64,000 bases of DNA from Halobacteriales archaeon QH_8_64_26 (GTDB taxonomy: Archaea; Halobacteriota; Halobacteria; Halobacteriales; Halococcaceae), in assembly GCA_003021725.1 (NCBI GenBank), contig PXRA01000065.1:118-64117 (forward strand), read 5' to 3'. How positions within the stretch are numbered: position 1 is the first letter of the stretch; each line of letters opens with the position of its first letter. The translations under genes were made by a program, and so were the position numbers. The notes below the pieces were generated by a model that searched no databases, was not told the origin of the DNA, and saw only the letters and a program-made list of their open reading frames with translations. This document shows positions 40,562-50,268 of this stretch, in pieces.

Positions 40562-42138
40562 CGGCTGTCCTCCGTTCGACTCGCTTCCTCAGCCCCGCTC
40601 GACTCCTCGCGAGGCAGTCGATTTCCGCGAGTACCGCCGTCGGCCGCCGGCTCGCCCTCGTCGAGCCGTCCGATCTCGTGGCCGAGGCGTCCGAGGTCGT
40701 AGCGGCTTCCGGTGACCTGTGCGGCAAGCAGTGCCAACCCCCCGGAAACGAGCGCGGCCCCCGAGAAGGCGAACAGAAAGGAGGCGGTCGGCAGCGTGGG
40801 AACGACCGTGCTCACGACGCCCCGAAGCGTCGGGAAGAAGGCCAGTCCTACGAGGAGGCCGGCGAGGCTCGATCCCAGTGCGCCACCCCCAGTGAGTTCC
40901 TCGGTATACAAGCCGGCGAGCAAGGGCAGAAAGGTCGCCGCGGCGAGCAGGTCGGCGGTGAGAAAGAGGGCGAGAACGCTGTAGCCTTGCGCACCGACCC
41001 AGGCCGCCGCGATCGCCACGACCGCGGTGAGCAACCGGGCGGCGGCCGTCAGCGTCCCCGTGCTGGGATCGTTCAATATCCGGGGGAGGTCCGCAGTAAC
41101 GACGCTCGCGATCGCGTTGAAGAGCGTGTCGGCGGTGCTCATCACCAGCAGGACGGCGAGTAGGACTACCACTAAGACGACCCACTCGGGAAACGCTTCT
41201 TGCAGCACGAGAAAGAAAGCGATGTCGGCGTTGTAGTTCGCGCCGGCGTTCACGAGGCCAAGTCCCGCCGCAGCGACGCCGAAGAGTCCTGCTAACACGA
41301 TCATCGGCAACACGGCGAGTGCGCTCACCAGGAACGATCGCCGCAGCGTCCTCGCGCTCTCGGCGGCGTAGATCCGCTGCCACCACGCCTGGTTCAGCAT
41401 CTCCGCGCCGACGACCGCGATCACGACGTAGGCACCGAACTCCACGCCCGGGAGGAAGGCGGGATTCAGCAACTCGGGGCTCGTCGCGACTGCCGTCCGG
41501 TAGATCTCGCCCGTCCCGCCGAGTGCGAGCAGCGCACCCGCAAAGCCGACCGCCAGTAGCGGCAGGATCAGCAGCGTCTGGATCGTATCGGTGAAGATGC
41601 TCGCTTCCAGTCCCCCGTAGGCGGTGTAGGCCAGTACGAACAGACCGATCAGCAAGGCGGTCTGCCAGGCCTGGACGCCTGCGACCAGCGCGAGCGCGCC
41701 GGTGATGCCCGTCATCTCCGCGGCGAGGAAGACGAACATATACAGCACGCTCACCGCGAGCACGTAGGCGTACATCGCCCGCCCGTACCGCGCGAGGGCG
41801 TACTCGGTGAGGCTGTGACCGGCCGGGATCAGTTCTCGGATGCGGGGCCCCAACAAGGCGAAGGCGAAAAGCGCCAGCGCGCTGCCGATCCCATACCCCG
41901 CAGCGGCGCTGATACCGCCGAAAGCCGCTCCCGCTTCCGCCGGACTGAACAGTATCCAGGCACCCATACTGGAGGCGATCAGCGTCGCCGTCAGCGTCCC
42001 GGTCCCCGCGCTGTCGCGTGCGGTGAGGAAGTCCTCGATCGACCCTTCCCCGCCCCGCGAGTACCGGATCCCTACCCCCGCGAAAGCCGCGAGCGTCACT
42101 GCTGTCAGCGAGAGCGCGGCGCTTGCCGTTACCACCAT
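40558..42138 (-). CDS. sodium:solute symporter family transporter (PanF/ThiV-like; candidate thiamine-precursor transporter)
   Basis: 526 aa, about 13 TM helices, SSS family. Divergent from the ThiR-like gene and shares an 11-mer with the tenA promoter (see finding). Confidence 0.85.
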   Translation of the reverse strand: MVVTASAALSLTAVTLAAFAGVGIRYSRGGEGSIEDFLTARDSAGTGTLTATLIASSMGAWILFSPAEAGAAFGGISAAAGYGIGSALALFAFALLGPRIRELIPAGHSLTEYALARYGRAMYAYVLAVSVLYMFVFLAAEMTGITGALALVAGVQAWQTALLIGLFVLAYTAYGGLEASIFTDTIQTLLILPLLAVGFAGALLALGGTGEIYRTAVATSPELLNPAFLPGVEFGAYVVIAVVGAEMLNQAWWQRIYAAESARTLRRSFLVSALAVLPMIVLAGLFGVAAAGLGLVNAGANYNADIAFFLVLQEAFPEWVVLVVVLLAVLLVMSTADTLFNAIASVVTADLPRILNDPSTGTLTAAARLLTAVVAIAAAWVGAQGYSVLALFLTADLLAAATFLPLLAGLYTEELTGGGALGSSLAGLLVGLAFFPTLRGVVSTVVPTLPTASFLFAFSGAALVSGGLALLAAQVTGSRYDLGRLGHEIGRLDEGEPAADGGTRGNRLPREESSGAEEASRTEDSR

Positions 42139-42191
42139 CGATCCCGTCCTTTCGCTCGGTTTATGCTCCTCATCTCATCCGACTCAATAGC

Positions 42192-42202
42192 TGGTTGTAT
42201 TA
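42192..42202 (-). promoter_or_regulatory. TAATACAACCA motif upstream of the SSS transporter (divergent from thiR)
   Basis: Identical 11-mer to 44886..44896, in the same orientation relative to the downstream minus-strand gene. Confidence 0.35.
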
Positions 42203-42316
42203 GTGACTTATGCACACCGGCCGTTCGCGGCCGGCTCCATCGATTCCGTCGGCGGGTTTTCGTGGGGCGGTCGCTCGCCGTAGTGCCGGGGGAGTTATGG
42301 CCGTCCCGCGGGAGAT

Positions 42317-43126
42317 GTGGGTATGTTGCGGCTGCCGAGCGAGATCGTCGCCGACCGGTTCGTTCCGACCGCCCGGGCGATGCTCGCCGCGGAGCTCGAC
42401 GCGAGGGGATTGAGCCAGCAGGCCATCGCTTCCCATCTGGGAGTGAGCCAGCCCGCGGTCTCGAACTACGTCGGCGGTGACGTCGCGCTCGAACCCCGCT
42501 TCAGCGAGGACCCACGGATGGTCGCGACGATCGAGGCCATCGCCGAGGGCTTCGCGACCGGCGAGATGGACGGTTACGAAGCGCTCTCGGAACTCGTCGG
42601 GTTGGTAGAGGAGTTCGAGAACCGGGGACCGATCTGTGCTGTCCACGAGGAGGCGATGCCGGCGCTCGAAGGACTGGGCTGTGATATCTGTGTGCGCGGC
42701 CCCGACGAGGCGAAAGTCGCCGAGCGCAACGTGTTAGAATCGGTTCGGCGGGCAGCCCGGTTGTTCGCGAGCAGCGAGGGCACGGTCGCATTCGTCCCGA
42801 ACGTCGGGTCCGAGCACGTCTCCAGTACGGTGCTCGCGGCGAACGCGGCCGATCCCGAGATCAGAGGAGCGATCAACGTCGCGACCGACGACCGGCTGCT
42901 CGATGCTGCCCGCGAGCGAGGTATCGAGCCGATGGAGTTCGACGCCGACTACGAGGACCGTGAGAAACGGTTGCGCGAGTCCTTCGCCGACCGGGGCGTT
43001 CCTCGCGTGCTCTACCACCGGGGGGCCTTCGCGATCGAGCCGATCACCTACGTACTCGGCGCGAGCGCGACCGACGCCGTGGAGCTGGCAACCGACCTCG
43101 TTGAAGCGGCGAGGGCGGAGCACTGA
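42317..43126 (+). CDS. thiR: HTH + ThiN-domain protein (ThiR-like thiamine regulator)
   Basis: N-terminal HTH (GLSQQAIASHLGVSQPAVSNYV). The C-terminal half resembles a ThiN domain (VAFVPNVGSE..., AINVATDDRLLDAARERG). Sits next to tenA genes. An ATG at 42323 is an alternative start. Confidence 0.7.
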   Translation: MGMLRLPSEIVADRFVPTARAMLAAELDARGLSQQAIASHLGVSQPAVSNYVGGDVALEPRFSEDPRMVATIEAIAEGFATGEMDGYEALSELVGLVEEFENRGPICAVHEEAMPALEGLGCDICVRGPDEAKVAERNVLESVRRAARLFASSEGTVAFVPNVGSEHVSSTVLAANAADPEIRGAINVATDDRLLDAARERGIEPMEFDADYEDREKRLRESFADRGVPRVLYHRGAFAIEPITYVLGASATDAVELATDLVEAARAEH

Positions 43127-43234
43127 GAGGGAACCGACTCGACCGGGATCGTCGGCTCGTCGATCGAGGGGATATCGGCTCGTCGATCGTCTCGTGTCCA
43201 CAAAGCTCATACGACAAGCGATTGAACTGTCGAT

Positions 43235-43435
43235 ATGTCCAGTGTATCCGGCAGAAGCTCCTCGTCAACAGCGATGACTGTCCTCGGAGTGCTCGTCGCC
43301 CTGATCGCGGTGGTCGGGACGACGTTCCTCGGTTGGGAGTGGGGAGCGAGTTTCGCCGAACAACCGATTCCGTTCGTCCTCGGGGTTTGTGTAGCCATTG
43401 TTGCGATCACCGTCACGCTTCGAGGGAGACTCTGA
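43235..43435 (+). CDS. small two-TM membrane protein
   Basis: 66-aa ORF with two hydrophobic helices after an S-rich N-terminus. Confidence 0.45.
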   Translation: MSSVSGRSSSSTAMTVLGVLVALIAVVGTTFLGWEWGASFAEQPIPFVLGVCVAIVAITVTLRGRL

Positions 43436-43467
43436 GTCGTCACCGGAGCACCAGGCTTCGAAAACTT

Positions 43468-44193
43468 CTACCCCTCGTAGGCCGCTTCGAAGAACTCCCG
43501 CTCCAGTTCGACCGTCCGCCGGAAGAGCCGGTCGAGTCGGCGCTGGCGGCGCGGCGACGCAGCTTCGAGCTCCCGATCGAGTTCCTCACGGAGCCAGCCG
43601 ACGAACGACACGAACTCGGGGTTGTCGTGCAGTTCGATCCACTCGGCGAGGTAGAACTCAGAAGGGGTTTTCTCGGCGTTTCTAGCCCAAGCGAGATAGA
43701 CCCATTCGGCTGGGACGAACACCGCAAGACTCTCGACGTAGCCGCCCTCCCGACTCGCCCGCCCCAGTAGGTCCTCGAATGCTCGGGTACTCGCGGTCAG
43801 CTCCGGATCGTTTCGGTCCATCGCTGGTACGTCGAGCGCGTTGAACGATCGCTCGAAGTAGTCGTTCTCTTCGGTGGTGAGCGTGCCCAGAAACTCGACT
43901 AACCGGCCTTTCGCGGCCATCGCCGGCGCGTCGCCGATCGCGTAGCCGATCAGGCTCGCCAGCGATTCGACGAACGCGTAATCCTGCACCAGATACCGCC
44001 GGAAGACCGCCTCGGAGATCTCGCCCCCACCCAACTCGCGGACGAAGCGACCCTCGGTCGCCTCGCTCCAATCGGGTTCGGATCGCTCGCGCAGCCAGTC
44101 GGTCGCTCGTGGATCGGCGCGGTCGGCGGCGTAGGCCGCGAACGTCTCGGGCACCGACGGTTCACCGTCGCCGGAATTCAGTGTGCCCGTCAT
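43468..44193 (-). CDS. TenA-family protein (second copy, no active-site Cys seen)
   Basis: The ATG at 44193 (MTGTLNSG) overlaps the tenA stop (ATGA). FRRYLVQDYAFVESL and ELEREFFEAAY show the TenA/heme-oxygenase-like fold. Confidence 0.85.
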   Translation of the reverse strand: MTGTLNSGDGEPSVPETFAAYAADRADPRATDWLRERSEPDWSEATEGRFVRELGGGEISEAVFRRYLVQDYAFVESLASLIGYAIGDAPAMAAKGRLVEFLGTLTTEENDYFERSFNALDVPAMDRNDPELTASTRAFEDLLGRASREGGYVESLAVFVPAEWVYLAWARNAEKTPSEFYLAEWIELHDNPEFVSFVGWLREELDRELEAASPRRQRRLDRLFRRTVELEREFFEAAYEG

Positions 44194-44852
44194 CGGACCG
44201 GCCACTCCTCTTCGGTGTAAGCCATCTCCCAAAAGGCGGCTTCGAGCCGGGCGCTCGTGAGGAAGGCCTCGCGCATGGCCTCGTGCTCGCCCGGGAACCG
44301 CTCGCCACACCGATCGACGAACTCCCGCAGCCACTCGACTTCCTCCCGGAACTCCTCGGAGGTGTAGGTCTCGATGAAGGGCGTATAGCGGTGCTCGCCG
44401 TCCGCGAGGTCGGCCATGTGGGTAGCCACATCGAGATAGCCCTGTCCACAGGGATAGATCGCCGCCGCGATCTCGGCGATCGAGCCCTCGTGAGCGACCC
44501 GCAGTAAGTGATTCGTGTACCCGACACACGTAGGTGTTTTCTCCGTCGCTTCGAGGTCGGCGGCCGAGAGCCCGTAGTCGGCGGCGAACTCCCGGTGGAG
44601 GTCCATCTCCTCGTCGAGAGTAGTATGGGAGATCCCTATCAGATCGCGCATGGTCTCCTCATCGCGCGCCCGGACACCCGCCATCGCAAAGGTCCGGGCG
44701 TAATCGAGCAAGTACAGGTAGTCCTGCTCGACCCAGTGGAGAAAGGCCCCTTCGTCGAGCGTGCCCGCGGCCAGTTCCGTGACGAACGGATGGGACTTCT
44801 GTGCCTCCCAGATCGACGCCCCGGCCTCAAGCAGTCGGTCGCTTCTCGCCAT
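44190..44852 (-). CDS. tenA: thiaminase II / aminopyrimidine aminohydrolase TenA
   Basis: HPFVTELAAGTLDEGAFLHWVEQDYLYL, TPTCVGYTNHL (Cys-type TenA) and LEAAFWEMAY. Confidence 0.9.
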   Translation of the reverse strand: MARSDRLLEAGASIWEAQKSHPFVTELAAGTLDEGAFLHWVEQDYLYLLDYARTFAMAGVRARDEETMRDLIGISHTTLDEEMDLHREFAADYGLSAADLEATEKTPTCVGYTNHLLRVAHEGSIAEIAAAIYPCGQGYLDVATHMADLADGEHRYTPFIETYTSEEFREEVEWLREFVDRCGERFPGEHEAMREAFLTSARLEAAFWEMAYTEEEWPVR

Positions 44853-44885
44853 GCGCGAGCCTTCCGTACCCGCCCTATTATAATT

Positions 44886-44896
44886 TGGTTGTATTA
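44886..44896 (-). promoter_or_regulatory. TAATACAACCA motif upstream of tenA, next to a TATA-like TTATAATA
   Basis: Minus strand reads TAATACAACCAAATTATAATAGGG. The TATA-like box lies about 28 nt before the tenA ATG at 44852. Confidence 0.35.
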
Positions 44897-45031
44897 CACG
44901 GTTTCACGCGGTGAAGCGTCGCCGGCCGTCGGGACCTCGGCTCCTGGGATACTCCTCCGGCGGCGGGCTACTGACCCCTCACAGTGAGCACGGGAACGCG
45001 TAAGTTTCCTCGCACCTCACGTCTACAGAGA

Positions 45032-45565
45032 ATGGCGACCGACGTCCCCGAGTGGGTGCATCTCACCGACGAGGAGGACCTCCTCTGGAGCGGCCACCCG
45101 AGCCTGCGGCCCGTCGTACCCGCACTCGCCGTCGGCCTCGGCCTGATTGTCGCCGGCTTCCTGCTTGCGCTCCTCGCTTCTCCCGTTCCCTTTCTCCCGC
45201 CGTCCCTGTGGTTCGTGCCGCTCGTCCTCGTCCCGGTAGGACTACTGATCGTCGCGCGGTGGTACCTCCCGCGGTGGGCGGTCAGGTACACCATTACCTC
45301 CGAGGAGGTCTATCGCAAGACCGGCATCCTCTCCCGGGACGTCACCCAACTGCGCCTCGATCGGGTCCAGAACACGCAGCTCAGCCAGTCGTTCGTCGAG
45401 CGGCTGTTGTCCTACGGCGATATCCGGATCGACACTGCGGGCACGGGTGGCACCGAACTCGTCTTCGAGGGGATCGACCGGCCCCAGGAGGTAAACGCGA
45501 TTCTCACCGAACAACTCGACGAGGTCGGCGTCGGCGGTGGGATAGGAAGCCGGCCCCGGTCCTGA
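45032..45565 (+). CDS. bacterial-PH (bPH_2 / YdbS-like) membrane protein
   Basis: ATG at 45032. Two TM helices followed by YTITSEEVYRKTGILSRDVTQLRLDRVQNTQLSQSFVERLLSYGDIRIDTAG. Confidence 0.75.
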   Translation: MATDVPEWVHLTDEEDLLWSGHPSLRPVVPALAVGLGLIVAGFLLALLASPVPFLPPSLWFVPLVLVPVGLLIVARWYLPRWAVRYTITSEEVYRKTGILSRDVTQLRLDRVQNTQLSQSFVERLLSYGDIRIDTAGTGGTELVFEGIDRPQEVNAILTEQLDEVGVGGGIGSRPRS

Positions 45566-45650
45566 ACGCGGCTGACGCGACCGGGGAAGGGCCGGTAGCC
45601 GAACCCTCCCTCTGAAGAGCGACGATCACCGAGGACTAACGGTAGATCAC

Positions 45651-45938
45651 ATGAGTTCCGCCGACCCGTTTCGTGACCCGCCCGAGACGATCTACGGGGT
45701 TCGCAAGCGCACTGCCCTACGGATCGTCCTTGCGGTCTGTACCGTTGCGTTCGTCGCGATCTGGTTCCGAGCACCGCTGGGTGACATCTGGGTACTGTTG
45801 TGGCCGCCGACGGAGATCTCCGAACGGTGGTTCACGCTCGTGATGGTCGTCCTGTTGTCCTTCCTGGTCCCCGTCGCGATCGTTCTCCGCCTCACGGACC
45901 TTCTCTACGACCGATACCTCGCGAGCGAGGAGTCCTGA
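45651..45938 (+). CDS. small membrane protein (2 TM)
   Basis: 95-aa ORF with two hydrophobic helices. Confidence 0.5.
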   Translation: MSSADPFRDPPETIYGVRKRTALRIVLAVCTVAFVAIWFRAPLGDIWVLLWPPTEISERWFTLVMVVLLSFLVPVAIVLRLTDLLYDRYLASEES

Positions 45939-45980
45939 GACCGAACGGTCCTCGCTCTCCTCGACGGCGGAGTGCCGTTC

Positions 45981-47276
45981 TCAGTTCTCGCTTCCGTCGC
46001 GCCCGTCGAGAACGCGCTCGATCGCATCGACGAGGGTATCGTCGCTCCCGACCTGTACGCGCTCGCTTCCCTCGCACTCGTGTTCGCCGTTCTCGATAGG
46101 AGTGTCGAGCGTCGCGTCGCCCTCGGTCCCACCACTCGCCGCCGTCGCCCCGATCGCTCTCGGGCCATCGTCCGCGCCCCCCTCGTTCACATCGTTCTCG
46201 CCGAAAACGACCGTCCGCTCGCTCGCCGCAGCTAACTCGCGGTATGCCTCCCTGCCTTCCGCGAGCACGGTCACGTCGGCTTCCCGAATCATCCGGGCAC
46301 TCTCCTGGCGCGCGGCAGGCGAGATCGGCGCGAACGGTTCGGTAGTGGCGGCTTCGATGTCAAGCGCCCGCGCGCGGGCGAGGGCGACGTCGCCTTTGGG
46401 AAGCGTGCCTGCGGTGGTGCGAAAGCCCGCCCGCCAGCACCGGGTAATGGCTGCTGCACCTTCCTGCCCGCTGCCCAGTACGTGAACCGACGCGCTCCGC
46501 GAGGGGCGGTCGGGAAGCGCGGTGGCGCTTACCGCACCCGTGACCGGGTGGGACGTGACCGCTACGTCGACGCCGAAGGCCGCCTCCAAGTCGGTCTCTG
46601 TAAGTACCGCCTCGGGGGGACCGGTCGCCAGCACCTCCCCGTCGGCGAGGAGTACGAGTTCCTCACAGAAGCGTGCGGCGAGATCCAACTCGTGGATCGC
46701 CGCGAGCGCCGTCTTGCCTTCGCTCACGAACTCGCGAGCCAACCGGAGGATGCGCACGCCGTGACCGATATCGAGGCTCGCGGTCGGCTCGTCGAGCAAG
46801 AGATGGGAACTCCGCTGACAGAGCGCGCGCGCCAGTATCACGCGCTGGCGCTCGCCGCCCGAGACCGCCTCGATCGATCGATCGGCGAACTCGGCGATCC
46901 GCGTGCGCTCTAAGGCCTCCGCGACCGCCTCGCGGTCGACCGGCGACGTGCGCTCGAACCGGGAGCGGTGGGGGGTTCGGCCCATCGCCACGACCTCCCG
47001 CACCGGGAAGTCGAACCCCAGCGAGGTGTCCTGTGGCACGGTCGCTACCCGCCGGCTCACCTCGCGTGCGGAGAGTCCTGTTACAGGGTCGCCGTCGATT
47101 CGCACTTCGCCGTCGTCGGGCGCGAGCAGCCCATTGATCGTCTTCACGACGGTCGTCTTGCCCGCGCCGTTCGGGCCGACGAGCCCGACCAGAGTTCCTT
47201 CCGGTACCTCGAAGCTCACGCGTTCAACGATCGATTGGCCCCCGAGGCTCACCCCCACTCCGTCGAGTTCGATCAC
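45981..47276 (-). CDS. ABC ATP-binding protein (FepC/BtuD-like) with ~170-aa C-terminal extension
   Basis: GPNGAGKTT, LSGGERQRVILARAL and LLLDEPT. The sequence then continues well beyond a normal NBD. Confidence 0.9.
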   Translation of the reverse strand: MIELDGVGVSLGGQSIVERVSFEVPEGTLVGLVGPNGAGKTTVVKTINGLLAPDDGEVRIDGDPVTGLSAREVSRRVATVPQDTSLGFDFPVREVVAMGRTPHRSRFERTSPVDREAVAEALERTRIAEFADRSIEAVSGGERQRVILARALCQRSSHLLLDEPTASLDIGHGVRILRLAREFVSEGKTALAAIHELDLAARFCEELVLLADGEVLATGPPEAVLTETDLEAAFGVDVAVTSHPVTGAVSATALPDRPSRSASVHVLGSGQEGAAAITRCWRAGFRTTAGTLPKGDVALARARALDIEAATTEPFAPISPAARQESARMIREADVTVLAEGREAYRELAAASERTVVFGENDVNEGGADDGPRAIGATAASGGTEGDATLDTPIENGEHECEGSERVQVGSDDTLVDAIERVLDGRDGSEN

Positions 47277-48376
47277 AGCGCGTGGACCTCCCGGCGGCGA
47301 AGCAAGTAGATGAAAAAGGGCGCGCCGAGTGCCGCCGTCACGATGCCCACGGGCAGTTCGGCGGGCCCGGTGCGGGCAGCGGTGTCGGCGAGGACGAGAA
47401 AGACCGCGCCGGCGAGCGCGCTGGTCGGCAGTAGTATTCGGTGATCGGGGCCGACGAGCAGGCGCATGACATGGGGAACGATGAGCCCGACGAACCCGAT
47501 CACGCCCGCGACCGCGACCGCTCCGGCCGTGATGACGCTCGCGATCCCCAGGAGAATTCGCTTGGTGCGCTCGACCTCGATGCCAAGCGACCGGGCGTCG
47601 GCCTCACCCAAGAGTAACACGTTGAGATCACGAGCGTAGGCTGCGAGCACCGCGAAGGCGAGCAGTGCCACCGGCAGGGTTGCGCCCACCTCCCCCCAGG
47701 TGCTCGCCTGGAGGTGGCCCATCAGCCAGTAGACCGCTTGCTTGAGCTGCCAGCCCGCTTGCAGTAACATAAACGAGATGACCGCCCCCAGGAAGGTCTG
47801 GATCGCGATCCCGGCTAACAGCAAGGTCGCAACCGGCGTCCGGCCCCCTTCGGTCGCGATCAGATAGACCAAAAAGGCAGCCGCGAGCGCGCCGCCGAAG
47901 GCCATCCCCTGAAGGCCGAAAGGAACGGACAACGGGAAGACGATGAACGCCACCGCGCCGGCCGCTGCGCCCGAAGAGACCCCGATGATCGAGGGGTCGG
48001 CCATCGGATTGCGAAAGAACCCCTGCATTACCGCGCCCGCCGACGCGAGCGAGAAGCCCACCACCGCCGCGAGGACGATCCGGGGGAGTCGCAGTTGAGC
48101 GACGATCACTCGACTCGTCTCCGGTACTGAGAACTCGAACGGCGAGACGAACTCGATACCGACCCCTAGCCGGGCGAGCGAGACGGCCGCCGCCCCCGTC
48201 TCGCTCGGTCCGCTCGCGAGGGCGAGCGTCGGGACCGAGATCCCGTCGAGCACGACCCGTGCGACGACCGGGATGGGGATCGAGACGGGCCCGATCGTCG
48301 CGCTGGCGAGCACGCTCGCGATCAGCGCGAGACTCAGGCCCCCACACCAAAGCAGGGTCCGTCCCCACCGCTCCAT
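47273..48376 (-). CDS. FecCD-family ABC permease (BtuC-like)
   Basis: ATG at 48376 (MERWGRTLLW). About 10 TM helices and the family-typical C-terminal motif GIVTAALGAPFFIYLL. Its stop overlaps the ATPase start. Confidence 0.9.
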   Translation of the reverse strand: MERWGRTLLWCGGLSLALIASVLASATIGPVSIPIPVVARVVLDGISVPTLALASGPSETGAAAVSLARLGVGIEFVSPFEFSVPETSRVIVAQLRLPRIVLAAVVGFSLASAGAVMQGFFRNPMADPSIIGVSSGAAAGAVAFIVFPLSVPFGLQGMAFGGALAAAFLVYLIATEGGRTPVATLLLAGIAIQTFLGAVISFMLLQAGWQLKQAVYWLMGHLQASTWGEVGATLPVALLAFAVLAAYARDLNVLLLGEADARSLGIEVERTKRILLGIASVITAGAVAVAGVIGFVGLIVPHVMRLLVGPDHRILLPTSALAGAVFLVLADTAARTGPAELPVGIVTAALGAPFFIYLLRRREVHAL

Positions 48377-48437
48377 GAACGCAAGAGGAGTTGGATTAGG
48401 TAAGTACTTATTGACCCGTATCGCACCCCGGAACGAC

Positions 48438-49760
48438 ATGCACGGGTGTTTCCGTCGGGCGGCAGCAGTGGCGATAGCGGTGCTGGTCGCGGCGAGCATG
48501 GGTTTCCTCGGCGCGAGCGCAGCGCCGGCCGCGGCCGACCCGGCGCCGGTTCCGGGTTCGAACGCGCCGGACCCTGGGATGACGGCCCCGATTGCACCAC
48601 AACAGGATAGCCCGGAATGCTCATTTCCGACGACGGTAACCGACGCAACCGGTAGTGAGGTGACCCTTCAGGAAGCACCGGACCGGATCGTCGTGCTCGC
48701 GCCCAGCGACGCCCAGACGCTGTGGGCGATCGGCGCGCGCGAGGCGGTCGTCGGGATGCCGGTCGGGCAGTACACCACCTATCTGAACGGCACCCAAGGG
48801 AAGACCGACGTCGTGAGGGAGGACGGATCGGTAACCACTGAGCAGGTCGTCGGCCTCCAACCCGACGTTGTCTTCGCGGCAAGTGTGACCCCCAACGAGA
48901 CGGTTAGGCAACTCCGTCAGGCCGGTCTCACCGTCTACAGCACGAACCTCGCGACCTCGATCGAGGACATCTACGACGTGACCGAACGCTACGGTCGACT
49001 GACCGGCCGCTGCGAAGACGCCACCGAGACCGTCTCACGGATGCGCACACGAGTGAGTGAGATCGAGAACGCGACCGGCGAGAGCGACCAACCGCCGGCA
49101 CTGTACTACTTCTATAACTTCACCGCCGGTCAGGGCACCCACATCGACGACGTGCTACAAACCGCCGGGGCGCGCAACATCGCCGCCCGGGCCGAAATCT
49201 CGGGCTATAAGCCGATCAACTCCGAGATCGTCGCGAACCGGAGCCCCGAGTGGATCGTCCATCCCGACGCGTCGCCGATCCCCCAGGGCCAACCCTACAG
49301 TAGCACCCCCGCGCTCGAAGAAAATCGGACGGTGGCACTCGACTCCAATCTCATTCAACAGCCCGCCCCGCGGATCATCTACCCGCTCACGAAACTCGCC
49401 CGGGCACTGCACCCCGAAGCCATGCGCGAGGCGAACCTCTCATCGGTCGATGTCTCCTCGCAAGGCGCAAACGCCTCGGGTACCGACGCGAGCGCGAACG
49501 CCAGCACGAACGGGACGAGTACGGCAACCGAGTCGCCGGTGGCCGCCGACGGCGGGAACGCGACGGTGAGCGCGACCACGACCACCGGGACCGGTACCGG
49601 TGGAGCCGGGACGACGACCGCTGCCGATGGCGGGACGACCGCTGGCGGAACCGACGGATCGAGCGCCACCGAGACGACCACGACTGGGCCGGGCTTCGGG
49701 CTTCTCGGCGCGATCGTCGCCCTGCTGGCGGTGGCTCTGATCGCACGATACCGGGACTGA
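48438..49760 (+). CDS. ABC substrate-binding protein (BtuF/siderophore class) with PGF-CTERM anchor
   Basis: ATG at 48438 with a signal peptide and a class III binding fold (IVVLAPSDAQTLWAIG). A T/G/A-rich linker is followed by TTTGPGFGLLGAIVALLAVALIARYRD (PGF-CTERM). Confidence 0.85.
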   Translation: MHGCFRRAAAVAIAVLVAASMGFLGASAAPAAADPAPVPGSNAPDPGMTAPIAPQQDSPECSFPTTVTDATGSEVTLQEAPDRIVVLAPSDAQTLWAIGAREAVVGMPVGQYTTYLNGTQGKTDVVREDGSVTTEQVVGLQPDVVFAASVTPNETVRQLRQAGLTVYSTNLATSIEDIYDVTERYGRLTGRCEDATETVSRMRTRVSEIENATGESDQPPALYYFYNFTAGQGTHIDDVLQTAGARNIAARAEISGYKPINSEIVANRSPEWIVHPDASPIPQGQPYSSTPALEENRTVALDSNLIQQPAPRIIYPLTKLARALHPEAMREANLSSVDVSSQGANASGTDASANASTNGTSTATESPVAADGGNATVSATTTTGTGTGGAGTTTAADGGTTAGGTDGSSATETTTTGPGFGLLGAIVALLAVALIARYRD

Positions 49761-49907
49761 GACGGGACTCCAGCTGGGGTCGATTTCGACTATTCGACGT
49801 CACCTCGACGATTTCTCGTAGTGGTGGCGTCCTCGAAGCGCGGCTGGTTGCTATTCCCTCGGCGCTGAGGCGGAAGGGTTTATCCGATCCTCGAAGAACT
49901 CCCCGGT

Positions 49908-50186
49908 ATGGTCGAGAACGTCATCTGGCCGGCCGCCCTCGACGCCGATCTCTCCCGAAGCGAGGGCCGCCGGGTGCCCCTGTCGGTCGCCGTCAGCGAG
50001 CCAAGCGTCGACGAGATCGCCCGCGCGGTCGGTCAGGTGGGTTACGATGCGGTCATCGAGCGCGAGAAGACTTACCCTCGGGAGTACACCCCCCGTGGGC
50101 GAGTGCTCGTGAAAAACGCCGACGATGCCGGGAAATCCGACCTGCTGCAGGCCGTCGGTGCCTACCTCACGGCGCTCCGCGGGTGA
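49908..50186 (+). CDS. srp19: signal recognition particle protein SRP19
   Basis: 92 aa. [20 protein letters not shown]... is typical of archaeal SRP19. Confidence 0.9.
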   Translation: MVENVIWPAALDADLSRSEGRRVPLSVAVSEPSVDEIARAVGQVGYDAVIEREKTYPREYTPRGRVLVKNADDAGKSDLLQAVGAYLTALRG

Positions 50187-50268
50187 GTGACGTGAGCGTG
50201 TCCTCGACGATCCGACTCGCCGCCCGAGGGCCCGTGCGATCGTCCGTCAGTAGCATCGCTTTCCGCCG

